From Leucoraja ocellata (Eukaryota), in assembly GCA_036785375.1 (NCBI GenBank), contig JAWMAR010000039.1, forward strand, positions 744,001 to 808,000: DNA of 64,000 nucleotides. Direction: 5' to 3'. The notes beneath the pieces were generated by a model, which was not told the DNA's origin, did no database searches, and was given only the letters and a program-made list of their open reading frames with translations. Made by a program: the position numbers and the translations under genes. Positions 38,203 to 52,515 of this stretch are shown here, one piece after another. Numbering within the stretch: the stretch's first letter is position 1; each line of letters starts with the position of its first letter.

Positions 38203-39739
38203 GTAAGTGAGCTGTGGCAGTCACTTCCACCAGTGCTGCCTCTCTCAGGAATCGGTGGTGCTCTCTGCTTAAAATGACAGGAAACCTCTGAATCAATTCC
38301 AAGTCGTAACCTTGATGCTAAATATGTGGGAAGATGGTTCATGTTAACTCTCAGCGTTCCAATGTTTCACGTTCCACTGGACAAATCCTGTGTCTGGTGC
38401 AGAGATCCTGAAGAGAGAAGAATTATTCCGGCAGTGTGTCTCAAGGTGCTGTGTTTAATATTGAGCACTTGTTCAAACTGAAAGTTTATGTCAAACTTGT
38501 AGTATTTTCCTCCACACTGTGTCAGGTTTGCTAACTAGCACAAACAACAGGGGGGAAATGTATTTTTGCCTATTGCCAGGCGATTTGTGTTGTGAAGATC
38601 GGGGTGGTGAGTCTTAGCAGTGAAAACTGTGGTGTGGGGTAGTGGGTGTTCATGGTGAAGACTGTAGCTCGGAGTGCCTGGCTACTCGTGGTGAAGAGCG
38701 TGGAGTGGATTGGTGGGTGTTCACAGTGAAGAATGTGGTGTAGGATGGTGGTTATTTACTGTGAAGACTGTGGCTCGGAGTGCCCAGTTACTCACGGTGG
38801 AGACTTTGTATGTAGACCCAGCTCCCACACCCTCTGGGAGAGTACGGGTGCATTAATGCGGTCATTTGATGTTCAGACACCCACTGTGAAGACGTGTTGC
38901 ATTATTCACGAGCACTATGTGGTAAAGTCCAGCATTCTGGTGTTGCCACTGTTTCGCCATCGTTTTACAGAAAGCTGATTACCTGAATAGATCATGCAAA
39001 GAAATAAACAAAAACCAGATTAAGTTCAACAAAGGATAAAACATTTCAACAAAAGTAAAAAATAATATATTGCTTTTTCTGCTGCATAAACTCTTATGAC
39101 AGATACTGTGGTCATGTTTCAGAAAGAAGCATTGGAGCCACTTCCAGGTATTTCAAAATATTAGTGCTATGTTTTTCATTGTTGTTCAGTCAGTCATTGA
39201 ATAAATAGCTGAAATCCTGAAATTCTGACATAATTTATCTGCAATCCTGTGATTTTTGCTGAGCAACGTGCGGAGCAGCCTTGAGATGTAGCAATGAACC
39301 GGAGATGGGTTGAATATGTGCTTTGTGTGAGTCGATCTTGATTAGTTAAGCGGCGATGAGAGGGGAGGAATGCACCTGGACACTGCTTGCCCCACATCTA
39401 GATTGGCAGAGCCAAACGTCCCAGCTCTTTCCCACTCTGTTTCCGATCTAAATCTCAGGGAGCGGAGAATAAAGACTACATGTTGGAGATACTCGGCAGG
39501 TCAGACAGCATTTGCACAGAGAGAAAGTTGGAAGCGGAACGAGTAAAAGTGCAGAGAGGACAAGGGGTGTTCACTTGGGAATAGTTTGTTAACATGGAGG
39601 GGGTCGACGGTGTGTATTACATTCTCACTCGGCGCACACAAGCCGGTTAATAAACAGTTGTGGCCAAAGATGGCATGCAAGAGAGGAACAGGAAATGATT
39701 GAAACGTAGAACGCAATAGGGAAGATGCAAAATCTGTGG

Positions 39740-39920
39740 AAGATTGCCACAGAGGGCTGTGGAGGCCGTCACTGGATATTTCTAAGGCAGTGATAGACAG
39801 ATTCTTGATTAGAACGAGTGTCAAGGAGAGAAGGCAGGAGAATGGGATTAGGAGGTGGAGATCTGCCACGATTTGACTTGATGGACCAAATGGCCTAATT
39901 CTACACCTGTAACCTGTGAG
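39740..39920 (+). mobile_element. CR1 3' end, degenerate
   Basis: Homologous to the reverse complement of 51090-51317. Confidence 0.65.
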
Positions 39921-42914
39921 CATGTTGTGATCTTCACCTTAACACCCAAACCTCTCCCCTTCACCCCTCTCGCCATCCTGTCCACGCCCCCTGCCCCAGC
40001 AACCATACCCATCTCAGCAAAGGCCAAAGGCTGTTGTTCTACAACCTCCTTGTTTGAAAGCAAGTTTCCCATTTGAGGCATCACTGAGTCTCAATGTCGA
40101 AAGCAATGTCTAACGTGACACAGTGTGGTTATAAATGGCTCAGCGGAAATGAGAGCCTTTCCTGCCTTTATGAAAGAGGAATGAATACAAAAGGACTGTG
40201 AGACTATGAGTGTAATTAGCTCTGCTTCCCTACAATATTGTACAGGTGAAAAATAGGGGGAAATGATCAATGTAACATGATTGGTGCTTGGACAACGATG
40301 CAGAAAATACAACAATTGGGCATTGTTATTGTGTGGGGAAGCGGTTCAGAAACCATAAGTAATAGGACAAAACATCATGATGAAGGTACAAGACAGAATG
40401 AGGCATCAGAAAGGAGGACGCAACCACAAAGGTCAAAAATCCCAAATAATGCTTCAGATGTGGGATAATGTAAGTCAGAAGTAGGAAGCGATCGAATGTG
40501 ATGAAGGGTGAGAGATACTAAGTTTGGAAGTGACAAAATAATGTGAGTAAAGTCGTCAGCAGTGGGTGTACAGGCAGGCGATGGGGGATTACAGAATCTA
40601 CCAAGGGCTGGAGAGCACTGGTGTCACCGAAATGGACAGGTCATGAAGTTTGAAGATCAGATGTAGGTCAAACAGATAATTGACCTTGGAGAGGGCTGAG
40701 AAAAAGTAATTGTAGATAGGATGCGAACATTCATACATCAAATTGGCAGACGGCAAGAGACCAGGTGGTTCATTATTCGGACGCAATGACGGCCAGTAAA
40801 ATGTGACCAAGACCCCGATTGTTACTATGTAATCTTCTGGGAATGCGGAAACTGCAGGAGCAAGAAGGGAAAAGTGCTCCTGAAGTTTCCTCTCAGATCA
40901 TCAAAACCAGTGGAGTGGACAAAGGCACCAACTCTGAGATGTGGATGGGTACTGATTGTGGATGATCAGCCATGATCACATTGAATGGCCAGTGCTGGCT
41001 CAAAGGGCCGAATGGCCTACTCCTCCTGCACCTATTGTCTATTGAGATGGAATCTCTGTCCCAGTCACGATCCAATTCGAAGTTCAGAGACGTTACATGG
41101 ATCTGAACCAATGCAGAGGTGGGGAAGTGGAGATTCAAGATCATGGAAACATGGCACTCTGAAAATGGCACTCTGCTGATTATAAGGTTACCACAAAGAG
41201 GAACAATAAATTCACCCCATTACACTGATTCTCTGACTCACTGTTCAATGTCATTTGGCAGTAACATTGCATTGAAAATGGGAAAGATGGTGGTTTTATC
41301 GGAGCTTCTAGATGTGTTGGAGGCAAGGTTCTGGATCCATAGATATGTGTACACTGTAATCATGGACCTTGTTTTGTTTTGATGCTTTAACAGTAATTGT
41401 TCACTAAAATAAATCCGTCAGGTTATTTTCACCATACAAAGTTGTTTGTAGTATTGTAACCTTTTCCCTGCTAATCTTTGAGATTCACTTCTCATTAATT
41501 CACAATGAATGCTGCTCTATTTGTTCCTCCTTCCTTGTTTATAGAACATATTGAAAGATTCCCTTAAATTCTGCCAATTTGCCTGCACTTCCCTTGAATC
41601 AGTCATTTTGCCTCACCGCCAACACCACTACAATCTATAGCACAAGATCTCGCTAGCTTTGAACACATGCCCACAGATTGTACAGGGTCAGGATACACAG
41701 AGTGAGGATAAATGCTGAGAGGAGTTGTCAGAAAGCAAATAACAACTGTCCATTTGTGGCCCAAATGGGGATGGTCTATCTGAGCTAGGGTGTTGTTATA
41801 AAGACGTCAGAGAGAAATTATCAGAATCTGTCAGGATCCATCAGGAAATTCAGAGCTGAAACTGATGACAGTCGTTCAACACGGAATGGTTCAATTAGTC
41901 CATGTGTTGTAATTGTCTGGAATAATCCTGGGTTTAATTCCTGGATGAAAAGTTAATTGTGGTAAATGTGTTAACCTTTCAGTCCTGGCAGGATTCAATG
42001 TAGATGAGGTTACTTCATGGATCCTAGACTTTGATCATTTCACTATTTGATGGTGTGCTGTGTTTGGCATCTGGAAAAGCAAGGAAAGATTTTAAATAGC
42101 CAGCCTACTCAGTTAGATTATCGTTGGTCTGTATCTAACTCCATGACTTACCTTGGATCTGTAACCGTAATTTATTTGTTTTTAACGTCAAAAAAGCTTT
42201 TAATCTTCCTTTGATTTATTTTGAAGTTGAGCCTAGATTTCCACTAACTTTTCTGATTGCACCAGAAATTGCCCAGCTCAAAATCTAAGGTTTGGCCCCT
42301 TGATCTTGATTATTTCGCTCTCCCTACCAAAGTCTCCAATAGCCTTCAACACTTGAGATGGTAATGTGTGATCTGATGCTCTTGCAACAGTTTCTGCAAT
42401 CTAACCTTAGTCTATCTATTTTAGCCCTGGTGTCCTTCTGCTAAACTTATGCTGCACATACTCCGCGTATGTCTCAGAATCTCTATTCATAGTTCCGGTG
42501 CAGCTTTCATCTCGGGAGGTCTGAATTTAACGTCAGAGCAACAGTTGTCCACATGTCAGTCAGATCTTTCACGGCAAAAGTCATTTCTCTTAACTATAAC
42601 CTATAACGTCAAGTGTTAACAATTACTTATTTACGCTCGTATCTTTTAATGTGGTTCCGATCTACCAGATCCACACATCCCTGCAAATGTTGCTTCATTC
42701 AGATGTAAAACCTTGGTTACTGACTGAATGAATCATATTCATTCCTCTGTGAAGTTCCACCATTTAAGATCGCTGTTCCCACAAAGACCCTGCAACCACC
42801 ACATCAACATTAACCCTTTCTCATTGATCTAAAATAAGTTATTCCTTATTGGTTGGTCCACACTCTGGGCAAGAAAACCTTACATTGTACACAGTGTATA
42901 TTCAACCTCCAGAG

Positions 42915-43212
42915 GGGGTGACACAGTGGCGCAGTGCTAGCGTTGCTGCCTTAGTGCCAGAGGCCCGGGTCCAATCCTGACTATGGGTGCTGTCTGTATG
43001 GAGTTTGTCCGTTCTTCCTGTGAGCGTGTGAGTTTTCTCCGGTTTCTGCGCACATTCTAAAGACATGCAGGTTCGTAGGTTAATTGGCTTCTGTAAAATT
43101 AATTTGTTCCTCATGTGTAGGATACAACTACAGTACGGATGATTGCTGGTTGGAACGGACTTGGTGGGCCAAAGGACCTGTTTCCATGCTGTATCTCGAA
43201 ACTAAACTAAAT
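42915..43212 (+). mobile_element. HE1-like tRNA-derived V-SINE, near full length
   Basis: A-box-like tggcgcagtgc, B-box-like ggtccaatcc, V-domain tatggagtttgtccgttcttcctgtg, tail gctgtatctcgaaactaaactaaa. Confidence 0.8.
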
Positions 43213-44902
43213 GTGTTAGTTTGGTTTCCCGATCTAAAGCTTGGTGTATAGATGATGCCAGTGCCCCAAAGACTACACCATTAACTCCAGATTATTTGAG
43301 CCACAATTTCAATTCATGCTGCTGTTTTGCATTTGGCCTGATATGATCTGAGGATTCGGTGATATGTTTGCGGTTCTGTTTATAATCTTGACCCCGACTG
43401 CTGCCGATCGCTGAGGAGAACCTCCCACATAGTCAGGTCAAGGTGGGAACAGGCAAAGCCTGGATAGCAAGCTCGGTGCTTCCCATCCACACGTATTTGT
43501 ACAAATGTCCCAAACCGATGGAAGTTTGGAAGGAAAACCCATCAATTCCTTGCATACATAGGCCCATTGAGGGCTTCATCTGAAGGGCCTGGAGCTGAGT
43601 GAGGAGCTACTGACAGATCCTGACCAAAACTCAGTGCAATTGTAGACACAGAGTAGACACAGTCTTGATTCTCCATCTATCTGAAGATAAAGGTTATTAT
43701 TCCAGCTGGCTTTTTTTAATTATTCTTGCCTTATTGGTTTTCAACGTTGTGTCAACATTAGAAACACCATGAGACACAAAGCACTGAGCGGGTCAGGTCA
43801 CATCCCTCGAGAACATGGACAGGTGATGTTTTGGGTTGAGATCCTTCTTTATCCGCAGTTCTTTGTTTCTAAGTTAGAAACATCTTCTGCCACGGAGGTT
43901 GTCCCTTGATTACTGATTTCTGTCATCTGCACAACAAGGTGGTTATCGCCTGCAAGCGATGCTGCCCCCCTCTGGACACAGGCAGCAGCAGGAAACCTGG
44001 TGAAGTCTGAGATCAGTGCAGTGAAAATTGTTGTGTTCCCCTCTCTTTCAACCTCTAAAGACCAACATTCAAACCCTCAAGGGTTCCCCACTAATTGTAA
44101 CGGGGACCCTGCAATTGAATTTAATAAATGGTATTCGCCCAGCATTCCTGTACATACATCAGTTGCTAGCATTCAGCCAACTTTCCTGCCTGTCATCTCT
44201 GCTGAAGATGTTTGTTTGTATTGGGAAATTTCTGACACAGCCATGCTGAACTGTGGGGAACATTTACCAGGGACGTCCCCAATATGCCAGATATGCCATC
44301 ACTTACTTTTGCACCTCCTGCCCCCTCAGATTTGGTCAAGTAATATATTTAGTGATTTTGTATTCTTCCTTACAATGTTACCTTCCCTTGTGCATGACAG
44401 CTCTTGAGTGGGGCGTGGATCGGTGATTGTCAGTAAATATCTAGTACTTCACTCTGTGACTGTCCTGATGTTGAATGTAGATAGATCTGCCATAGCACCC
44501 TCGACCTTACACTTTGACCCTGCTTCTGTTCCCACAAGCGCTGCCTGATTCATTGACTGCAAACTTTTGTTTTTATGTAGGTGGGTTTGTGCAGCTTTGA
44601 GCTGTCTGACCTACCGTCTTTCTCTAAAACCTCAACCATCGAGAAATTGTTGTGTTTTTCATCCCACCTTTAGTTCCCTTAGTCAGCATTTTCAGTGTGT
44701 TATTACATGATCCTGTGGGGCTGGGATTATGGATTCACTCTGTGCCATCGTGGACATTATCCTTGGGGTCTGGTTGGCAGCCTTCAACCTATCAGCACAC
44801 CATGATGGAGAAGATGGCAGATGTTTGTAGACTACCAACCTTTCGGGTGCAGGAAACGGGTCTAAAATCCTTGACAATTATATGATGGATTATGGTGTCA
44901 CC

Positions 44903-46170
44903 CAGGGCTGCCAACTCTCACGCTTTGAGCGTGACACTCACGCATTTCAGCCAATTCTCACGCCCTCATGCTGAAGACAGAATTCTCACGCTGGCTTAGT
45001 CCCTGCACAGCAAAGATCGTAGAGCGGAGCTGTAGGATCTTTGCTGCACAGTTTGTCTCTTTGCGCCACATGACAGCGCTCTGCACAGATTGGGGAAGCG
45101 CGTCGGTCCCGGGCAGCGGGTGTCAGCGCTTTTGTGCGCCGTCTGCGAGCGCTGCGCTTCTGGCTGCCGCAGCAACCTCGCTCCCTCCCTCCCTCCTGCC
45201 CTTCAACTCACACGGCAGCGCCAGCGCCGCCAATCCACGCTACATCGTGCCCGCCAGACTCCCCATTGGGCGGCCGGGTAAAGAGAGGGAGGGGAGAAAG
45301 AGAGAGAGTGAAAGAAAAAAAGGGAGGGATGGAGGCAAAGTGAGACGGGGAAGGGAATGTAGAGAGGCATTGAAGGAAGGGAAGGAGAAAGGGGAGAAAG
45401 AGGAAGCGTGAGGAAAAAGAGGGAGGGGAGGAAAGATGGAGGGGGGGAAGGAAAGATGTGTTTCCCTGTGTGTGGCTCCTTGTGTGTGTGTGTGTGTCTC
45501 CCCGTGTGTGTGTGTGTGTGTCTCCCTGTGCGTCTGGTGTCACATCCTGGCCTTAGACAGGGCTGCCAACTCTCACGCTTTGAGCGTGAGACTCGCGCAT
45601 TTCACAAAATTCTCATGCTCTCACGCTGATCACAAAATTTCTCACGCTCAAATATCTGCGGGTGCTGAAAGTTCAAAATAAAGCAAAAATTGTTTTGGAG
45701 GTGAGTAAAAACCATGAGGGGAATATCAGGTGAATGCCTGATTCCCCAGGATATGTGATTCAAGCACTAGAGGGGATTAGTTTAAAGCAGGGCTATCAAA
45801 CTACCGGCCTGCGAGATGATTTTGGGGGAAAGAAAGTAATTTAGTTTCTCCCATGCAGATGGTGTGATAGGTGAGACACGGCGGCAATGGTCCCAGCACC
45901 AACTCCCCCTCCCCCTCCCCCCCTGAGGCACGGCACACACCTCCCACCGTCACCTCCGGCGGCTCTATGTCTGTCGACCGCTGTCCACACCCCATGGAGT
46001 TTTAACCCAGGCCCGGAGCCAGGAGAGGACCGGGTGAGTGGGGGCGTTGGTGCAGCCTCCGGCGCCTACTATGGGAGGGGGAACAACCCCTCCCACACCC
46101 ACCCCCCCTCGGTCGCTACGCTCCCGTGCAATTTCTCACTCTCAACTCTCACCCAATGTTGGCAGCCCTG
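44903..46170. mobile_element. Non-autonomous hAT-like DNA transposon
   Basis: 13-bp perfect TIR CAGGGCTGCCAAC / GTTGGCAGCCCTG. Flanking direct repeat tgtcacc at 44896-44902 and 46171-46177. Subterminal ctctcac motifs, no transposase ORF. Confidence 0.75.
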
Positions 46171-47662
46171 TGTCACCTCTCATTCAGGGAGAGGGATTAC
46201 TGCAGCACTTTAGTGACTGAAGATTGCAAAAGGATCAAATCGAGGCAGTGTAAGCAAAATGTTGAGAGGTTTGGGATGTGGTGTTATAATTTAACAACTT
46301 GTATTTCCAGTTTTAATTGATGAGCAAAGAATGCCCTCACACTGAAAAGCCAGACACTGTTCCCCATCTGTCAGCAGTCTGCAGAGAGAAGGATCACTGG
46401 ATCAGGGACAGATACAAAATGTGGAGTAACTCAGCAGGTCAGGCAGCATCTTTAGAGTTACTCCAGCATTCGGTATAAACTAGCTTCTGCAGTTCCTTCC
46501 TACATACAGGATTGGGGATACCTTTGCCGATATCAAAGATCTTGCGTGGATAATTCCATCTTATGTTGGGACATTGCGAGCTCACAGAGACAGACGGTTG
46601 CCCAGTGAAAATTGTTTTTAAATCGAGGCCCTGCCCATATAGATCGCAGAGCTCCAGGGCTCCAACCCAGGGCTTCAAAGAAGATTTTCATGTTTCCGCT
46701 CACTCTCCCTCCACCCTCCTTTCCTCTCACACGCTTCTTCCCAAATCAAGATCACACTCGTTGAATGATGTCAACTCTAAGGGTTGGGCAAGTTGAGATC
46801 AGTGAGTGAGAGGCTAAGAAGTGAGCTGATGAATCTTCTTGACGTAATGAGGGGTTTAGATCAAACAGAAATGACGTAATCCCTCCATCTGATGGATTGT
46901 TAACCTGACCTCAGAAACTTTGGCAGAGATGGATTGTGTGAGGGGGGGGGGGGGGGGGAGGTTGTGCGGAAACTTTTCATTGGAGAATTATGATCTGGAA
47001 TAGGACTAAACGGTGGTGGCATCCTAAACTATAATTAATTGTGAGAAGGTGAATGGGAAACAAGGATAGGAGCTTAGGAGAGAAGAGTGCACCATCTCTC
47101 CAGGAGTTAGTGCTCCCACAATGGGCTCAATGGCTGACTATGTAAGCAGTTTTTTTAAACCTATCTTAAATATGCTGATCTACTTTCTAAAGGTTTTTGG
47201 CCATATTTTGTTTTGTATTTCATCCCATTTCATTGACACACGTACATCCACTCCAGGTCATCAACCTGTCCTCATGTTGCCCATTGCATGCTTGTTCTCT
47301 CTGCTTAGTGATCCTCTCATGAAGTAAGTGTTGATGTGAAACTGGGCAATCAAATTTGTAATTCGGGTCAGGCCCTAAACTCTCGAGCATGGCCAGTCAG
47401 ATCTGGGGCTCATTCATAACATTCTTTCAGTGTCAGTGATCAGAGCCTCAGGATTACACATACAGTGAATACAATCAAGGTGAGAGAGTCCCAGGCATGT
47501 GTCCACAGAGCTATGTATTATTGTGGCATTAGTGTTCAGCATCCTTCACTTGGGGTTCCTGCTCCCTCTCTCCAGTGAAGAGTAGTCGCAGCTCGCAACA
47601 GTCGACATCTGACGACTAATGTCTTCCAGTTAAGAAACCACAAAAGTCAGTCTCTGTCAAAA

Positions 47663-47917
47663 TCTCCCTCCCTCCCTCTCTCTCCATCCTTCGCTCCCTC
47701 TGTCCCCTCCCTCCCTCCCCTCCCTCTCCCTCCGATCCCTTTCCCTTTCTCCCCGTCCCCTCTCCTCCTCGCTCCCTCCGTCCCCCTCTCCCTCTCTCTC
47801 GCCCATCCCCCTCGCCCTCCGTCCCCCTCTCCTTCTTTCTCCCCATTCCCATCCCTCTCCTCCCATCCACCTCCCTCTGCGCCCCCCCCCCCCCCCCCCC
47901 CCCTTCTCCCTCTCTCA
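47663..47917. repeat. Polypyrimidine low-complexity tract
   Basis: Almost pure C/T, with a long C run. Confidence 0.9.
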
Positions 47918-50084
47918 CAGTTTTATGAAGAATTTTTTATCAACACACCAATGAAAAATAAATGTTAGGGAAGGTTGTAACACATTGTGAATTCAGCCCG
48001 TGTGATTCTCACTGTGCAGAAGATTAATGTCAAGCAGAGCAATTAGGAATGAAGCCAGTGTTGCATAGAGGAATCTTCAAATTGGACCCAGTGCTTTCAT
48101 TGGTTTTTTTTCTTGTTTTGTGAGATTTAAATTTATTATCTTCTTTGCTAATTTCACATAAAGAACTCCACTTCTGAAAACTACTGAAACTGCCAGCAGT
48201 GTTTTACTGAGGATAATGAATGGTTCAGGAGTTACATTTTTGCACTGATGATTTCAGGGTCCTGTGTTGCTGTGAACTGGCATTTGCTCATGAGAAGCTT
48301 TGTTCACTATTGAGTGCCCGTTCCAGTAATTCCCTCAGTGGCCCTCAATGCCCAGCTATGTCTGAAGAAGGTTCCCGACCTGAAACATCACCTATCCATG
48401 TTCTCCATCGATGCTGCCTGACCCGCTGGGTTACTCCAGCACTTTGGGTCTATCCCCAGCAAAGACACATTAAGTTCCCGGTAACTGGTTGCCCTTGGGT
48501 TTGCTCACCTGCTGATGGAACTCTGGTGGTGGAGGGAACAGGGCTTCCCTTTCAAAGTAAAATTCACGACTAACGTCTCTGAATATTGATAATGTTGACA
48601 ACTTCACACTAAAATGGCAGCAATTCTTCAGCAAATATTTGGCGATGTCTCACTTTGTTTCACTTACACCCAAATATGCCTTTAATTTTTGCAAGTGTTA
48701 CTCTTGTTCATGCTGATTAATATCCAGAGTTACCAGGACTTGTGAATCCTTCATTCCACTACTTGCTGTGGGTAAGATTAGGTTACAGTTGAACCACAAA
48801 ACCCTTTCCTCATTTGGGAAGTGACTGTGTGTGGTGTTCACATTGTATTTTTGCAGGGAGGTGTCAGTCTGTTGAAGTCAGTAAGACCAGCCATTGACTA
48901 TCTGAGCTTGTCAGGTTAAAATGAATTGTTCATTCAAGTAATCATAATGCTAGCTCTTGGTAAGTCTGCACTCCTTTCTTTTAGTTTGCTTCTATGATTT
49001 TTTTATAACCAGTAATATGCAGGGGAAACAGTGAAGTCTTTGTCAGTCATGGACCATTTCAAATGAGACCAAGACAGATGTGTGAAGAGATTAAGGGCCA
49101 GAATTACTTTGTAAACAACAGAGCTGGAAGCTGTGAGCTGCTCTTGAACAAGGTCTGATATTAAATGATATTGTATTCTTGTTAAAAGCCAACCATCGAA
49201 TTTACAAAATCTCACTGTAATATCCACAAGCAGCATTAATCTCACATACGCACACATACATGCAGATACATACACATATGCATGCATACATGCATGCATA
49301 CACGCATGCATGCTCACATATGCTCATATGTACACTCAAACTCACACACAACACATGCACGCATACAATGCATTGCAAAGATCACAGGATTACAAATATA
49401 CTCCCCTGCGTCATGAACATTTAAAATAGTCACTTGATTTCCTGTTGTAAAATGTGATCAGTTAAGGACATGTCATTGTAGAAGAACCAAAGTCACAAGG
49501 TCCGCTGACTGCAACAGGCCAAATGAGGATGGGTTGCTGATCCCAAGGCAGGGCCAGACCCTTCATCTGCCGGCTCTCGGAGAGAGACCGAAGCGCAGGG
49601 CGCTAGTGCCCAGTAGTGGTCTGAGGAGCCGTGGTCTACATCAGAGCTGCCTCGTGTCAATGGTTCACTTCATCCAACCGGAAAAAGACAACCTCAAAAA
49701 CAGAGTACTTTCACTCACTGCTCTTGGCCTTGTCCAGTGAAGGAGCCAGCAGATCACTGCTACATTTATATATAAGCTTGGCTTGTCTGGTCATAAAGTC
49801 ATAGAGTGATACAGTATGAAAACAGGCCCTTCAGCCCAACTTGCCCGCTGCACATTGGCCAACATGTCCCAGCTACACTAGTCCCATCTGCCAGCATTGG
49901 GTCCATATCCCTCCAAACCCATTCCTGTCCTAACCCTCCAAACCTGTCCTATCTTCGTCACTAAGTATTCAGAATATATGTGAGGGACATCTCAAAATCA
50001 GTCGTCAACATCACCACAGGTGGTTTGTGTTCAAACTTTGTCCCACCATCATAAATCATGACTATGGGTGAACTTGGGATAGGG

Positions 50085-50395
50085 ACTGGACATTGTCCCT
50101 TCCCCCACAGTGGTGTCCATTGTGGGGGGGATGATTTTTTGTCTGTAAGGTAATGGCTGCCGTGAAAGGAGAGTGGATGTTGGCGCGCTTTAGCTGCCGC
50201 TGCTCTCTCTTCACATTGTGTTTTTGATTTTTGTTTTTGGACTGAATTCTGTTTTTAATTTGTGTTTCTGTGATGTCTTTATTATTTATTTTATTCTGAT
50301 TATATGTTTATATTTCCTGTTAACCTATGTAAGGTGTCCTTGGGATGTCTGAAAGGCGCGCAATAAATAAAATGTATTATTATTATTATTATTAT
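50085..50395 (+). mobile_element. L2-like LINE/SINE 3' end
   Basis: tgtaaggtgtccttggg..gaaaggcgc..aataaataaa followed by (TAT)n, typical of L2-type tails. Confidence 0.6.
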
Positions 50396-50738
50396 AAATG
50401 AAATCTACCCAATAACTCGCTTGGAAGTATAGCTGGTGTTAGCACTGGAACTAAAATGAAGGGCGTCGGCTACTGGTTACAAATGGTGTTTCGGATAGGA
50501 CAGGTAAAACAAAAAAATGTGATGGTGACATTTTGGATCAGGACCCTTCTTCAGACTGATTGTAGGGGGGGTAAGAGAAGAAAATGTTCTTCTTCCCACA
50601 CCCACCTACAATCAGGTTTCCCAACCTGAAACGTCACCTATCCATGTTCTCCAAACATGCTGCCTGACCCACTGAGTTACTCCAGCACTTTGTGTCCTTT
50701 TGCGTATTAACCAGCAATTACAGTTCCTTGTTTCTCCT

Positions 50739-50741
<3 letters not shown>

Positions 50742-50776
<35 letters not shown>
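50742..50776. repeat. (TA)n microsatellite
   Basis: Directly visible. Confidence 0.95.
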
Positions 50777-50779
<3 letters not shown>

Positions 50780-51089
50780 GAGGGAGAGAAATAAGAAATG
50801 TGTGAGTGATATTTTAGAATTTAGTGTGGCCAAGTAACTGGTAGTTTCAATGCACAGAGCATGAAAAATAAATTAAATGAACTCCAAGTTCATCTTTGAG
50901 TAGGCATGGTTATTAGAATGGAGCCATGCCTGGGATTAGGTCTAAACTTGTACTATAAACTAGTGGGGTTTATTGGAAGGATGAGGAAAATGGTAGCAGG
51001 GGACACTATCTTTGGAGGGGAAACTATCTTTAAGTTAAATTAGACAATTGAAAGGAATTTTATACTCTAGGTGGAGTTGGCATCATAAG

Positions 51090-51317
51090 AGAAAGTAGCA
51101 GAATTAGGCCATTCGGCCCATCAAGTCTACTCCGCCATTCAATCACGGCTGATCTATCTTTCCCTCTCATCCCTATTCTCCTGCCTTCTCCCCATAACCC
51201 ATGACACCCACATTAATCAAGAATCTATCTATCTCTGCCTTAAAAATATCCACTGATTTGACCTCCACAGCCTTCTGTGGCAAATAATTCCACAGATTCA
51301 CCACCCTCTGACTTAAG
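51090..51317 (-). mobile_element. CR1 3' end
   Basis: Shares gtagcagaattaggccattcggcccatcaagtctactccgccatt with 11212-11315. Confidence 0.75.
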
Positions 51318-51726
51318 AAGATGGAGGTTTTGGCTTCCATCAGCAACTGAAATGATGGTACATTCAGAAATCAGACCAGGTGGTCTAAAATCAAACCACC
51401 AAGACATGTGGATTAACTGGCAGGTTTACTAGAAGCTGCAAGGAGCTGACTTGGCGATCTCAGAAGGTGGTGAATTTTCCTGCATGTGCTCAGAATGTTT
51501 TTCTGCAACAGAACCAATAAAAGACGGGGCCTTATAGGTTAGTATTGAGCAAAAGGGCCAGATTTAGTTAATCCTTCTGTACGTGAGTAATTATCTAATA
51601 ATAAGCATGTGATCAATTTCAATGTTGTGTCCAAATGAGGCAAAAGAAAATCACCTCCTTAGATTCCAGATTTGTGCCATGTATTGAGGCAGGATTTAGA
51701 TGCAGTAAATCAGATAAATATACTGA

Positions 51727-52020
51727 TTAGTTTCATTTAGAGATACAATGCGGAAACAGGCCCTTCGGCCCATCGAGTCAGCGCCGCCGACACACCAGGC
51801 ACAATTTGTTAAACATTTACCAAGCCAATTTGTGTACAAACCTGTACGTCTTTGCAGTGTGGGAGGAAACCGAAGATCTCGGAGAAAACCCATGCAGTCA
51901 CGGGGAGAACGTACAAACTCCGTACAGTACAACACCCGTAGTCTGGATCGAACCTGGGTCTCCGGTGTTGCAAGCGCTGTAAGACAGCAACTCTATCGCT
52001 GTGCCACTGTGATATGCCAC
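51727..52020 (-). mobile_element. HE1-like V-SINE
   Basis: Reverse-strand tRNA-like head with B box ggttcgatcc, V-domain and tail. Confidence 0.8.
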
Positions 52021-52413
52021 CCCACTGCTGGTTTAAACCAGACCAAGGAAAAGTGTTTGGAATGATTTATTGCAACATGGAGTCTGTATATATATCCTCA
52101 ATGTGGTGAGAAAGGGAGATTAATGAGTTGCTAGTTAACTATATCCCTGGACTGCTAAAGTGATGAGGCATGGTGAAAATTACAAGAGAAAAAATTATAT
52201 AAAAATGTTGGAGGGATGTATAGCTCAGTATAAGGTGGTAAAATAGGACATTAGACGCACAAAGTAGGAAAAAAAACCTTTACAGAGAGAGAAGGTGTTT
52301 GGAGCAGGCATCAAGATAAGGCGGAAGGGCCAGCATTCTGGTCAGCCCAGGAAAACCAATATTGAACCAATTAAATCAACATGAGTCTGGTAATGACAAA
52401 TGCCTGGGAGCAG

Positions 52414-52515
52414 AGTCTGAAGAAGGGTCTCGACCCGAAACGTCACCCATTCCTTCTGTCCAGAGATGCTGCCTGTCCTGCTGAATTACTCCAGCATTTT
52501 GTGTCTATCTTCGGT
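52414..52515 (+). mobile_element. Penelope-like fragment with an intact hammerhead-like core
   Basis: CTGAAGA-aGGGtctcgaCCC-GAAA-cGTC at 52417-52444. Confidence 0.65.

Noticed and set aside
42915-42990. tRNA gene (A/B-box-like motifs; also near 9245, 51945 and 62067)
   Set aside because: These are SINE heads followed by V-domain and LINE-like tails, with no cloverleaf.
44968-45681. Overlapping ORFs in GC-rich 44968-46220 and 47616-47918
   Set aside because: Low-complexity transposon interior and polypurine tracts.
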